Part shown: positions 27,141 through 36,585 of the stretch, piece after piece | Position numbering within the stretch: position 1 is the stretch's first letter | Layout: every line of letters starts with the position of its first letter | From: Candidatus Doudnabacteria bacterium | GTDB taxonomy: Bacteria > Patescibacteriota > Doudnabacteria > UBA920 > O2-02-FULL-48-8 | Assembly: GCA_037200925.1 (NCBI GenBank) | Contig: JBBCGO010000001.1 | Location: 383,698-447,697, forward strand | Length of the DNA stretch: 64,000 nucleotides | Direction of reading: 5' to 3' | Translations under genes and position numbers: made by a program | Notes under the pieces: model-generated | Database searches by the model: none | What the model saw: the letters and a program-made list of their open reading frames with translations, nothing else | Told to the model about the DNA's origin: nothing

Positions 27141-28030
27141 ATTTTCTCCCCTAAAAAATAAGAATAACGCAAAAAACCGATATCAAAACCGACTTTTACA
27201 TAAATGGCTGAAGGAAATTGCTCTTTGATGAGTTTTATTCCGGCCGAGCCCAATGTCATTTCTTTCCAGATCATCTTTGGCAGGTCTTTTAAGGACAGTT
27301 CTTTGACCGCTTTTAATCCGTTTTCATAGCCAAGTTCCCAATTCTTTCTTGTTTTGCCGTTCAGATCTTCCGTTTCTATTATCTTTAAGCCGTACTTTTT
27401 AAAATATTTTTTGTAATTTTCCGGCGTTTCCAGGCTTGGCACCGCCCAATATTCCATAAAAGGATAAAGCACAAGTTCCTCCTGGACCGGATTAAGCCCG
27501 GTTTGTTTGCACCAGTCTATAAGCAGGAACCTGCCGCCTGGCCGCAAAATTTTGGAAATTTTTTTTATAGCCAGCTCTTTATCCGGCAAATAGCATGCGG
27601 CGTCCATGTAAACAACGGCGTCAAAACTCTCACCTAGTCCGTCGATTTTCATTATATCATGCTGCTTGAACTTCAGGTTTGGTTTTTTATAACGCTTTGT
27701 ATGCGATAATTGCGATCTTGATATGTCGATCCCCAGGACATTGCCCTTGGTATTGGATGCCAAAAGATCAGAAAATCCGCCGCGGCCGCAGGCCAATTCC
27801 AGGATGTTCTCAGCATTTTTAACTTTCAAAGCCTTCAGGTATTTTTCATGGGTGTATCGGAAGGCTTCATCCCAGGTTTCTTTTTCGTTCCTGAAAATCG
27901 CAAAGTGAAAAAAATCATTCCAATACTCCGCGTACAAGTCGCTGACCGCGGCAAACATTTTTTCCATGCTGACCGCATAGTGCAGTTTAAAATATTTAAA
28001 ATCCTGCTTGTAAGTGTTTGTTTCCTGCAT
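27137..28030 (-). CDS. Class I SAM-dependent methyltransferase
   Basis: 297 aa. Motif I LELACGRGGF. Post-I acidic residue and motif III (ILRPGGRFLLIDW). Confidence 0.75.
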   Translation of the reverse strand: MQETNTYKQDFKYFKLHYAVSMEKMFAAVSDLYAEYWNDFFHFAIFRNEKETWDEAFRYTHEKYLKALKVKNAENILELACGRGGFSDLLASNTKGNVLGIDISRSQLSHTKRYKKPNLKFKQHDIMKIDGLGESFDAVVYMDAACYLPDKELAIKKISKILRPGGRFLLIDWCKQTGLNPVQEELVLYPFMEYWAVPSLETPENYKKYFKKYGLKIIETEDLNGKTRKNWELGYENGLKAVKELSLKDLPKMIWKEMTLGSAGIKLIKEQFPSAIYVKVGFDIGFLRYSYFLGEKI

Positions 28031-28042
28031 AATCCCGTTTGA

Positions 28043-29104
28043 TCACTTTACCAGCTTTTTATATAATTCAAGATAACTTTTCACCATTTTTTCGGCTGAA
28101 AAATTTTGCGCCACCCACGCCCGGCAATCCTTTCTTCGGATCAGATCTATTTTGCCGACTGCCTTGATCATTTCATCTTTATTCCGGACGACAAAGCCTG
28201 TCCTGCCGTTTTTCACCAATTCCGGCACCGATCCCTGGTCGTAAGCGATCACCGGCGTGCCGCATGCCATGGCTTCCACCATGACCAGACCGAACGGCTC
28301 AGCCCATTTTATGGGGAACAGCAGCGCTGACGCGTTTTTATAATATTTAACTTTTTGGTATTTATCCGCTTCCCCGGCGTAGACAATATCTTTTCCGTTG
28401 ATATGCCTCTTCACGTTTTTTTCGTAATATTCACGGTCCGACGGATCGATTTTTGCGACAATGATCAATTTTTTCCTTACCGATCTTGCCACACTGATCG
28501 CATCCAGAATTCCTTTGACCGCAGTGATCCTGCCCAAAAAAAGCAAATAATCTTCGGGTTTCGCCTCAAATTCAAACTCATCCATATTAATGCCGTTATA
28601 AATTACCTGGGCTTTTTTAAAAAAAGGCAGATTGTGCCTGTGGTTATGGCTTATGAACACATAATTAAAATCCCAAAGCTCTTTGTGGGATTTATAAAAA
28701 GCGATATGTTCGGGCAGGTCCGTGCGGTTATGGAATGTCGACAGGAAAGGGACTTTGATCTGGCTCATCAAATTGAAATCCAAACCGGCTGTAGCCAAAT
28801 TTGCCACGATGGGTTCATAATGAAAATGAACCAGATCATATTCATTTTGCAGCCTGATGATATCAAAAAATTCATTGACCTCCCATTTGCGGTTGGCGCT
28901 TAAATCCTGAACTGTCGGAAAAGGCGCGGACTCCACAACCCGGATATGCGCATTATCAAATTTTGAGCCGCGGCTGGCAAAGACATCAACAGAATGGCCT
29001 TTTTTCGCCAATCCTTCGGAGAGTGCCGACACAATTTGCTCGATGCCGCCGTATTTTTTGGGCGGCACCGTGTTCATTACGGGAACTATCTGGGCTATTT
29101 TCAT
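28043..29104 (-). CDS. Glycosyltransferase family 4 (GT-B, retaining)
   Basis: 353 aa. C-terminal FPIKWAEPFGLVMVEAMACGTPVIAYDQGSVPELV (E-x7-E-like GT4 signature). Confidence 0.85.
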   Translation of the reverse strand: MKIAQIVPVMNTVPPKKYGGIEQIVSALSEGLAKKGHSVDVFASRGSKFDNAHIRVVESAPFPTVQDLSANRKWEVNEFFDIIRLQNEYDLVHFHYEPIVANLATAGLDFNLMSQIKVPFLSTFHNRTDLPEHIAFYKSHKELWDFNYVFISHNHRHNLPFFKKAQVIYNGINMDEFEFEAKPEDYLLFLGRITAVKGILDAISVARSVRKKLIIVAKIDPSDREYYEKNVKRHINGKDIVYAGEADKYQKVKYYKNASALLFPIKWAEPFGLVMVEAMACGTPVIAYDQGSVPELVKNGRTGFVVRNKDEMIKAVGKIDLIRRKDCRAWVAQNFSAEKMVKSYLELYKKLVK

Positions 29105-30135
29105 TTGTTTCTGTTTACTAACTGTTCGTACAATTTGGAATAGTTTTCCGCCATAATTTTTCTGTCAAAGCGCTTTTCCGCTGCCAAGCGGCAGGTGTTC
29201 CGGTCGATCTGGTCGATCTTGGGAATATATGAGAGGAATTTGGAAAAATTCGGCGCCACAAAACCTGTTTTGTTGTGGTCTATGATCTCCGGCACTGAGC
29301 CTTGATTAAGAGCGATGACCGGAGTTCCGCAAGCCAATGATTCCACCAGCACCAAACCGAATGCTTCGCTCCATCGGATCGGGAAAAGCGTGGCGCGGGC
29401 GTTTGCATACAATGCGCTTTTCTGTTTGAGCCCCACTTCGCCCACAAATTTGATTTGCTTGCCGTCCGCATAGCGCATTATTTTATTGCGGACAAATGCC
29501 TGGTCCCTGATCTCCCCGGCGATGATCAATTTTTGTTTAAGTTTCCGGGCCGCCAAAACCGCAAGATCGGCGCCTTTTTCCGGCGTCAGTGAGCCGATGA
29601 AAAGCAGATAATCCCGTTTGGGATTCTTCAAAACCTTATAATCGTCCAGGTTTATGCCGTGATAAATTGTTTTTACCCAATTTAAGTAAGGCGTGATCTT
29701 TCTTTGAGCATTGCTGATGGATACAAAAGCGTTTTTTTTGAAGGCCTTGGCCAGATAAGGAAAATCCGGACTGGCACTGCTGTGGATAGTGCTCACGATC
29801 GGCTGTTTGATCAAAGGCGAGAATGCGAGGAATTGAAAACCAAGGTGGTTGTGAATGACATCAAACTCCGAGATCCTTTTGAAAACTTCCGCGTATTCCA
29901 AGAATTCATAAGGCATGATGCCGGACCAGGAAAATCCTCCCGCAAGCTCATACATGGTTTTCGGGATGACTTTTACCAGGCGGCCGCGAGTGTGCGATCC
30001 GCCGCAGGCAAAAACAGTGACCTGATGGCCCATCCTTGATAGTGACTGCTCCAGATCTGAAACAACTAATTCAGATCCGGCATATTTCTTAGGCGGAACT
30101 GTTTTCCACAACGGAGCTAGCTGAGCTATTTTCAT
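29101..30135 (-). CDS. Glycosyltransferase family 4 (GT-B)
   Basis: 344 aa. FPIRWSEAFGLVLVESLACGTPVIALNQGSVPEII. Paralogous to 28043..29104. Confidence 0.85.
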   Translation of the reverse strand: MKIAQLAPLWKTVPPKKYAGSELVVSDLEQSLSRMGHQVTVFACGGSHTRGRLVKVIPKTMYELAGGFSWSGIMPYEFLEYAEVFKRISEFDVIHNHLGFQFLAFSPLIKQPIVSTIHSSASPDFPYLAKAFKKNAFVSISNAQRKITPYLNWVKTIYHGINLDDYKVLKNPKRDYLLFIGSLTPEKGADLAVLAARKLKQKLIIAGEIRDQAFVRNKIMRYADGKQIKFVGEVGLKQKSALYANARATLFPIRWSEAFGLVLVESLACGTPVIALNQGSVPEIIDHNKTGFVAPNFSKFLSYIPKIDQIDRNTCRLAAEKRFDRKIMAENYSKLYEQLVNRNK

Positions 30136-31594
30136 ACTTTTTTAGTTTTTGCTCTATCTCGCTTAATAATAGCGCAGATTTTAGTTTTGTAGTAGTCGTT
30201 TCATAATAGACGTAAAAAACGGAAAAACATAATATAGCAATGAGAAACAATGGAAAAGAATAATATTCCCCTCTTAAGGCAAATGCGATTCCCAGAACTA
30301 ATGCCAAAGTCCCGACGCAAATTTCCCAAAGAGTATTTTTAATAACGCTCGGCATTTTGGGAAGTATGAATTTATTGGTCCGCTCAAAATACGCTACCCT
30401 GTCAAAAAAAGGCTTAAACAGCATTATTGCATACGTCCAGCTCATTCCGGTATGTACGAGAAACGCCCGGACAATATTCTTGAAAGGGTATTTTTTTGCA
30501 TAAAGAACAATAAAGGACATCAGTTTGATAAAATGAAACAGAACCAGACTGAATGCGGAAAGCAGAACTATAAAATCCACAGTAGGGTTTCTGCTTATAA
30601 CATTGGCATAAACCAGCAAGGATAAAATTATAAGCGCGGCTATCGGCAACAATGTAAAATTGACCCATGCCAGAAAGCTTCCGATAATTCCGATCTTTTG
30701 TTTGATCTTTAACTTGCTTAGCAAAATTTTTCTGAGATTTTTCCTTAAAATCGTTATATTGCCGTCCGCCCATCTGGATTTTTGTTTTTTATAAGATTCC
30801 AAATCGTACGGCATAAGCCCCGTTCCCATTATCTTATTTACAAAAACTCCCTTGTAGTTGCTTAGGGCGATTTTTAAGCCGACGTCGGCATCCTCGGTGA
30901 TGCTGGAATTGTCGTACGGACCGACCTTGGATAATATTTCTGTTTTAAAAACCGTCAAAGTCCCGGTTGCACTGACAAAACCAAACCGATTTGCAGCTTT
31001 CATGTAAGTATCAAAAAAATGCTTGTATTCCAAAAAAACTCCGAAATTTTCGGCGCCCACATTCATATACGCTTGGGGAAATTGAACAAATGCCACGCTG
31101 GGATCGCTGAAATAAGCCAGCGCCTCTTTTATAAAATCGGGTTTGATTTCGTAATCCGAATCAATTGTGGAAGTATATTCCGAATTTTTGTCGGTTTTTG
31201 TGCCTAAATAGTTTAGCGCCCCCGCCTTAAACCCTGAAAGTTTTTCGATATGAAAAAATTTAAATTTATCGCCAAGTGTGCTGCAAAATTTTTTAACCGG
31301 CACCCATATATCAGTGTCTTTAGTATTATTATCCAAAAGCAAAACTTCGAAATTGGGATAATCAAGGCGGCTTAGGGATATGAGGCTATTTTTCAACAAC
31401 GCCGGCGGCTCATTATAAGCGGCAATATGGATCGAAACCAAAGAACTATCCTGATTTGTTTTAATTTTCAGATTTGCCGCGGGAGACAAAAGGGAATAAA
31501 AAAACTGCAAAAATACATGCAAAATCAAGAGCAGGAAATTAACAACAATTAAAACTGCCAAAATAAAAAGGATTACCGAGCCTGTAATTTCCAT
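30089..31594 (-). CDS. Processive family-2 glycosyltransferase (membrane-integrated synthase; cellulose/chitin/PNAG-synthase-like)
   Basis: 501 aa. N-terminal TM. DxD-type motifs (LLDNNTKD, IDSDY). TED (SITEDADVG). QxxRW (KQKSRWADG). Multiple C-terminal TM helices. Confidence 0.8.
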   Translation of the reverse strand: MEITGSVILFILAVLIVVNFLLLILHVFLQFFYSLLSPAANLKIKTNQDSSLVSIHIAAYNEPPALLKNSLISLSRLDYPNFEVLLLDNNTKDTDIWVPVKKFCSTLGDKFKFFHIEKLSGFKAGALNYLGTKTDKNSEYTSTIDSDYEIKPDFIKEALAYFSDPSVAFVQFPQAYMNVGAENFGVFLEYKHFFDTYMKAANRFGFVSATGTLTVFKTEILSKVGPYDNSSITEDADVGLKIALSNYKGVFVNKIMGTGLMPYDLESYKKQKSRWADGNITILRKNLRKILLSKLKIKQKIGIIGSFLAWVNFTLLPIAALIILSLLVYANVISRNPTVDFIVLLSAFSLVLFHFIKLMSFIVLYAKKYPFKNIVRAFLVHTGMSWTYAIMLFKPFFDRVAYFERTNKFILPKMPSVIKNTLWEICVGTLALVLGIAFALRGEYYSFPLFLIAILCFSVFYVYYETTTTKLKSALLLSEIEQKLKKYENSSASSVVENSSA

Positions 31595-31690
31595 TAAAAT
31601 TTGTACGATCGCATGATGAATGTAAGCAGGTTACTCCGAAAATAGCCGCGTTTTCTTCAGTATATTTATTGCTTTTAGTTATCCTGATTA

Positions 31691-31728
31691 TACCAAAAAA
31701 TCGCTTTTTTGGCGATTTTTTTTGCGTT
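31691..31728 (-). promoter_or_regulatory. Composite element, copy 1 of 3: intrinsic terminator hairpin (aaaaaatcgc/gcgatttttt) immediately followed on the minus strand by an extended -10 TGGTATAAT
   Basis: Plus sequence gattataccaaaaaatcgcttttttggcgattttttttg. Minus strand reads hairpin, then ttttttGGTATAATc. Lies between the VOC gene stop and the GT2 gene start. Confidence 0.5.
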
Positions 31729-31732
31729 CAGA

Positions 31733-32110
31733 TTATTTTACGGTTTGTCCCAAGGCCAGAATATTGCCTTCGGAATCCTTGAACCAGGCGCTTTTCCACT
31801 TATCCATAATCGCAACCCCATTGACTGTTTTCATCTCGGGCATGTCGTATTCTTCAAACACCACGCCGCGGGCCCGCAGTTCCTTCATTTCTGCGTCCAG
31901 GTCATCCACTTGGAAACTCGCCTGCGTGTGCTCAACAGTTACAGGCGGCCTCTGGTAAAGAAAGATCTCAGTCCCGCCTCCGCACTTAAAACTTGCTCCT
32001 CCTGGCATTGGCGCATCTTCCTTCAGGTCCAGTTTTTCCGTATAAAATTTTCTGGCCCGTTCAAGATCTGCGGCAGGCAAAACCGCGGTTACTTTTGCGT
32101 TGCTTAACAT
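31733..32110 (-). CDS. VOC-family (glyoxalase/bleomycin-resistance/dioxygenase fold) protein
   Basis: 125 aa. Pattern typical of small VOC proteins. Confidence 0.65.
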   Translation of the reverse strand: MLSNAKVTAVLPAADLERARKFYTEKLDLKEDAPMPGGASFKCGGGTEIFLYQRPPVTVEHTQASFQVDDLDAEMKELRARGVVFEEYDMPEMKTVNGVAIMDKWKSAWFKDSEGNILALGQTVK

Positions 32111-32155
32111 AAATTTTAAAATTAATGCTTATAATATAATTACTATAAATAATCT

Positions 32156-34525
32156 TTATGTTTTAAGCAAGCGGCTTTGGTTTGCGATATTTTCCAATCT
32201 GGAAAATCTTTTCGCAACCAAATACTGAGCGATGGCGCAAAGGACGAACAAGATCGCGATCGGGGCCGTATTCACTCCGGATAAATGCGTGATGTCAAAA
32301 AATTTGGTCGCCAAGGGGATTTGAAAAACCGCCCACAAAGTGACAATTTCGAACACGGCAAATCCGGATAACATCATTTTTTGAGTGCGCGAAGTAAAGC
32401 CCTGATATACGCTCGGCGTGAATATCAGGAACAAAAAAGCCAGAACAATATAGGCAAGCACAACAAGCGTGTTCGACTCTGCTATTTTTAAATATTTCGG
32501 ACTCATGAAAAATATTACCCCCAGAGCCAAAGCTTGAAAGACGGCGCTAAATAGCGCAAACGGCAAAACCCGGCGCAAAAACGATTTGGCCACACTTATC
32601 CGGAGTTCCGCAGCTGGCCTAATGGCCCAATAAAAAATCAGCACGCTGGGCAGTCCGATCGTAAAATAATCCATCAAAGTAATATTCAAGGGAGTGAGCG
32701 GGAAAATATATCCGAAAATGCTAAGGATAACGAAAATAAAAAAACCTAAGATCACCTGATTGAAGAACAGGCTGGACAGGATCTCAATATTCCGTATAAT
32801 ATTTTCTGCGCGCTTCACTCCTTCCGGCAGCGCTGAAAAACTGTTGTTGATGAGGACCACGGCCGCAAGTCTTCTTGTCGCTGGTGCTCCGTCAAACATG
32901 GCGATGCCCAGATCTGATTTTTTTATGGCCAGAGCGTCATTCACCCCATCCCCGACCATGGCGGTAAATCCGGATTTTTTGAAGCCGGTGATGATCTTTT
33001 CTTTCTGTTCAGGATTGATCCTGGCGAAGATGGTATAATCGGAAGTTTTTTTGTCAAAATCATCCTCTGACCATTCCTCTATTTCAAGCCCGGTAATGAT
33101 CGCGTCCGCATTTTTAATTCCGGCCAAGACCGTTACTGCGTGAACGGTGGCGGGATTATCCCCGGAAATCACGCGGATGACCGTTCCCCGGTCCTGAAAA
33201 AAACTGACCACATCCTTGATCCCCGGCCGAAGGTTATTAAAAAAAACAAAGACTGCGACCAATGAAAGTTTCGCCTGTATCAGGTCAGTGGGCAGCACGC
33301 GGCCTTTCTTTCTGGCAACGCATAGCAGGCGCTTGCCGTCGCGGGCGTGCGTTTCCAAAAGCTCCTTCAGCCATTTCTGTTCTTCCTCTGAACAATGCGG
33401 TAAAAAAATATCCGGGCCTCCGACCAAAATTACCTCGTCTTCTGCGCCTTTTTTAGCCAGAACGGCCCCATACTTCCTTAAAGAAGAAAATGGGATGGAT
33501 TGGGCCTTCGATGCCGCGTAATCGCCGCCGATAAATTTTTTGACCGCACGAATGGTTTCCGACGAATCGTCTGATGCCCGCAAGTAAGCGATCGTCTGCT
33601 CTTCCGCTTCTTTTTTTATAATCCCGGTTGGCACAAACATATTTTCGACCACCAGGATATTTTCAGTCAGAGTGCCGGTTTTGTCTATGCAAAGATTCTT
33701 GATCCGCCCAAGTTTTTCAGTGGCGTTGATCTCCTGGAGCAAAACATGTTTTCGCAAAAGACTGACTGCGCCATACGCGAATAAAATGGTCGTGGCCAGG
33801 ATCAAACCCTGCGGCACGAGCATGCTGGCGAGCGCTCCCACATTCTTGACGATGCTCACTATCCCCTGATCAACTATGCTCCCGCGCGCGATAACGAATA
33901 TCAGAACGAGCATCAGCAGATAGCCCGTATACCTGATCACCGTATTTATCGAACGCTGGATGGGACTGTAGTTAGTTGAGTACTTTTTGATATTTTTGGT
34001 CATTTGCGAGATCCGGCTGTCGGCAACCGGCGTTTCAACCCGCAGCACTCCCACACCTGCGGTAACAATGCCCCCGGCCAGCACTTTCTCTCCGGAGGAT
34101 TTAGCAAACGAATTCGATTCTCCGGTAAGAAGCGCGGTATTTACTTCCAAACCGTGCGCGGAAAGCAGGATCCCGTCGCACGGGATCTGGTCACCGAGCG
34201 CAAGCTTGATACGATCATTCTTCTGAATATTGTCGGTAAGTACGGACTCCTGTGTTCCGTTTGAATTCAGGCGGACATAATGCAAAGCGGTGAGCAATTG
34301 CAGCTTTTCCAACGCCAGCAAAGCGCGCACTTCCTGGACGATGCCGATCAGAACCGCGGTAGATATGGCCAATGCAAAGAAAAATCCCGCCTGGGTCTGA
34401 TGAAATACAAGCAGGATTATCACAACAGCATAAATGATTATGTTCGTGAACGAAAGAACATTGCGAAAAATGATCGGACCGAGATCTTTGAGTATATTTT
34501 TTATAAAATCAAATATTTTATCCAT
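32156..34525 (-). CDS. P-type cation-transporting ATPase
   Basis: 789 aa. Phosphorylation site CIDKTGTLTEN, hinge MVGDGVNDALAIKKSDLGIAM, TGES-like actuator (LTGES), 8-10 TM helices. Confidence 0.9.
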   Translation of the reverse strand: MDKIFDFIKNILKDLGPIIFRNVLSFTNIIIYAVVIILLVFHQTQAGFFFALAISTAVLIGIVQEVRALLALEKLQLLTALHYVRLNSNGTQESVLTDNIQKNDRIKLALGDQIPCDGILLSAHGLEVNTALLTGESNSFAKSSGEKVLAGGIVTAGVGVLRVETPVADSRISQMTKNIKKYSTNYSPIQRSINTVIRYTGYLLMLVLIFVIARGSIVDQGIVSIVKNVGALASMLVPQGLILATTILFAYGAVSLLRKHVLLQEINATEKLGRIKNLCIDKTGTLTENILVVENMFVPTGIIKKEAEEQTIAYLRASDDSSETIRAVKKFIGGDYAASKAQSIPFSSLRKYGAVLAKKGAEDEVILVGGPDIFLPHCSEEEQKWLKELLETHARDGKRLLCVARKKGRVLPTDLIQAKLSLVAVFVFFNNLRPGIKDVVSFFQDRGTVIRVISGDNPATVHAVTVLAGIKNADAIITGLEIEEWSEDDFDKKTSDYTIFARINPEQKEKIITGFKKSGFTAMVGDGVNDALAIKKSDLGIAMFDGAPATRRLAAVVLINNSFSALPEGVKRAENIIRNIEILSSLFFNQVILGFFIFVILSIFGYIFPLTPLNITLMDYFTIGLPSVLIFYWAIRPAAELRISVAKSFLRRVLPFALFSAVFQALALGVIFFMSPKYLKIAESNTLVVLAYIVLAFLFLIFTPSVYQGFTSRTQKMMLSGFAVFEIVTLWAVFQIPLATKFFDITHLSGVNTAPIAILFVLCAIAQYLVAKRFSRLENIANQSRLLKT

Positions 34526-34590
34526 GAAACATCAAAATTTTTTTTATTTCAACTCTATTTATGCCTTAAGCTAAGGCGGACGGGATATAT

Positions 34591-34633
34591 AAATTATATC
34601 AAAAAATCGCCTTTTCGGCGATTTTTTTAAAAT
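34591..34633 (-). promoter_or_regulatory. Composite element, copy 2: perfect 11-bp-stem terminator (aaaaaatcgcc-ttttc-ggcgatttttt) plus minus-strand extended -10 TGATATAAT
   Basis: aaattatatcaaaaaatcgccttttcggcgattttttt, between the L,D-transpeptidase stop and the P-type ATPase start. Confidence 0.55.
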
Positions 34634-34658
34634 CTTATTATAGAAACTGCGATCCGGC

Positions 34659-35810
34659 TCAATGCGCCAGTTTCTGTTGCAATGCATCAAGCAGTATTTT
34701 TAGGTTGCTTATGGTAGTTTGAGCCCCTGCCGCATCTTTTGTATTAAGGCTGCCAATGAGTTTCGCGGTTTCGGTTTGGATCGCCTCAGCTGCAATAGCA
34801 TTATTTGCATCCGGATTTACACTAGATTGAACCGGCAAACCCGCTTGCTGCCCAATGGCTGGATTGATCGTCGCAGCTCCGGCTACCAAACCCTTATTTA
34901 CCTCGGAAAGTTTTTGTAAAGCCTTGGCGCTCAATCCAGGAGTCGTCACGCTCAATTTTTCTGACTGGAAGGATGTGCCGCCTGATGCGTTGTCTGCAAA
35001 AACTTCAAACTGATACACGGTATCGGGGGTTAAGCCGGTGACTTCATATTTAGGCTCTGTGGTTGTGGCGATCAGGACACTGTCCTGATAAATTTGATAA
35101 CCCGTAACGCCATTGGGATCTAAAGCCGCGTTCCAGGAGATCGTAAGCGAACTGCTTGCAACTTTGGATGCGACAATGACTCCCGGAGGCGTCGGATAAA
35201 TAGCAGCGCTCATATTCGGCAACGTGTATAAAGAATCCGCAATGATGGTGATATTTGTTCCTTCATCAGCCCAGTTATAAAGCCCTTCCATATCGCCGTA
35301 CGAAACGTTGATGCAGCCGTGGCTCATAGGATGGCCAAAATTGTGGTGCCAGAATGCCCCGTGAATATAGTAATTCAAAGGGCCTGTTTTGAACATCAAA
35401 TTCCATTTGGTATTGGGAAAGCTGTATGTCGCCCCATTGTAGTTAACGGTCGGTTTTTTCTTTAAGACAGTATATTCGCCGGGCGGGGTTGGCGTTGCAG
35501 GAAGGCCGCTGGAGATCCTAAACTCACCCGCGAGCTTATCACCTTCCATGTACACCAAAGTTTGGTCCTTCAGGCTGACATAAATGTGTTTTTCCGGAAC
35601 AACCGCTGGCTGCTCGGGCGGGATCATCGGCGGTACGCTTACATCAGCGTTTACGGTTTGAATTCCCAGAACAAGCAATGAAGGATCTGAATAAGCGGAA
35701 ATAATTAAAGTCGATATACTGATTCCCAAAAAGCATATCACGCCAAAAGCAAATATAGTGTTGATTTTCGTTGTGAAAAACGACACGATGGAGGAATAAA
35801 ATTTATCCAT
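34659..35810 (-). CDS. L,D-transpeptidase (YkuD domain) fused to a fibronectin type III domain and C-terminal extension
   Basis: 383 aa. N-terminal TM. YkuD catalytic block HGAFWHHNFGHPMSHGCINV. FN3-like SSLTISWNAALDPNGVTGYQIYQDSVL...YQFEVFADNASG. Confidence 0.8.
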   Translation of the reverse strand: MDKFYSSIVSFFTTKINTIFAFGVICFLGISISTLIISAYSDPSLLVLGIQTVNADVSVPPMIPPEQPAVVPEKHIYVSLKDQTLVYMEGDKLAGEFRISSGLPATPTPPGEYTVLKKKPTVNYNGATYSFPNTKWNLMFKTGPLNYYIHGAFWHHNFGHPMSHGCINVSYGDMEGLYNWADEGTNITIIADSLYTLPNMSAAIYPTPPGVIVASKVASSSLTISWNAALDPNGVTGYQIYQDSVLIATTTEPKYEVTGLTPDTVYQFEVFADNASGGTSFQSEKLSVTTPGLSAKALQKLSEVNKGLVAGAATINPAIGQQAGLPVQSSVNPDANNAIAAEAIQTETAKLIGSLNTKDAAGAQTTISNLKILLDALQQKLAH

Positions 35811-35903
35811 TAAGTTGAGTTCTTATTTAGTTGTTTTTTTGTTTTCGCCTATATGGCGGACAACCTTTTTGTTTCGAAATCAGTCCTTTTTGACCTTACT
35901 ATA

Positions 35904-35932
35904 ATTATAGCACAGAAAAGAAAAAAAATCAA
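35904..35932 (-). promoter_or_regulatory. Promoter TTGATT-17-TGCTATAAT (minus strand) for the L,D-transpeptidase gene. The upstream terminator of the M15 gene sits at 35928-35950
   Basis: Minus strand: cttgattttttttcttttctgtgctataattat. Hairpin atcaagtacctttagcgcttgat plus T8 immediately upstream. Confidence 0.5.
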
Positions 35933-35973
35933 GTACCTTTAGCGCTTGATTTTATGAGCTAAATAAGACTGGT

Positions 35974-36570
35974 TTAAAAATCAGGCGCGCCGCAAGCTTT
36001 CAGGCCGCTGAGGGTTAGCGGTTTATTATCTTGGGCCAATATATCCATGATCGGGCATGGGAGCGAAAGTGGCGGCGGCCTCATGCCATCTGCAAATTGA
36101 TCCGTCGAAAGGCCTGCTCTATGTTCAAAATGAGGAGGGTCAACCTGTTCAAGCCCGCAGTACGTACCTATCTTTGCAAGTTTATCAAAATCAATATCAT
36201 AACCATTCCACCGGTCGACGACATCAACGGCAAAACCATAGTTGTGAAGGCTTTTCCCCGGCTCAGCCCAGCTGATAATATGTCCGTCGACCGTTCGTCC
36301 CGAATTATAGATGGCCAACTGATCTTCTAAACTACGAAAGCCTGATGTGATCCGTAACGTATAGCCATATGCTGCCGCAACCGGGATAAAACATTCATTG
36401 ATTTGTGTTGAAAAGTTAGGGTCCAGAGCCGTTGGCACAACAATACTCTCTCCTAAAACCATTTTGGCGTGTTTTCCGTTTTGCGAAATGAAAAAAGATC
36501 CGGCGATTATACAGATTAAAAGCAAGGCTGATGCGATAAGATAATAATTTATTTTATCTTCGAGATTCAT
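35974..36570 (-). CDS. Peptidase M15 family D-Ala-D-Ala carboxypeptidase (VanY-like)
   Basis: 198 aa. N-terminal TM. Zn ligand blocks SGFRS...HNYGFAVDV...PPHFEH. Confidence 0.75.
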   Translation of the reverse strand: MNLEDKINYYLIASALLLICIIAGSFFISQNGKHAKMVLGESIVVPTALDPNFSTQINECFIPVAAAYGYTLRITSGFRSLEDQLAIYNSGRTVDGHIISWAEPGKSLHNYGFAVDVVDRWNGYDIDFDKLAKIGTYCGLEQVDPPHFEHRAGLSTDQFADGMRPPPLSLPCPIMDILAQDNKPLTLSGLKACGAPDF

Positions 36571-36585
36571 GAGTATTAATATTCT

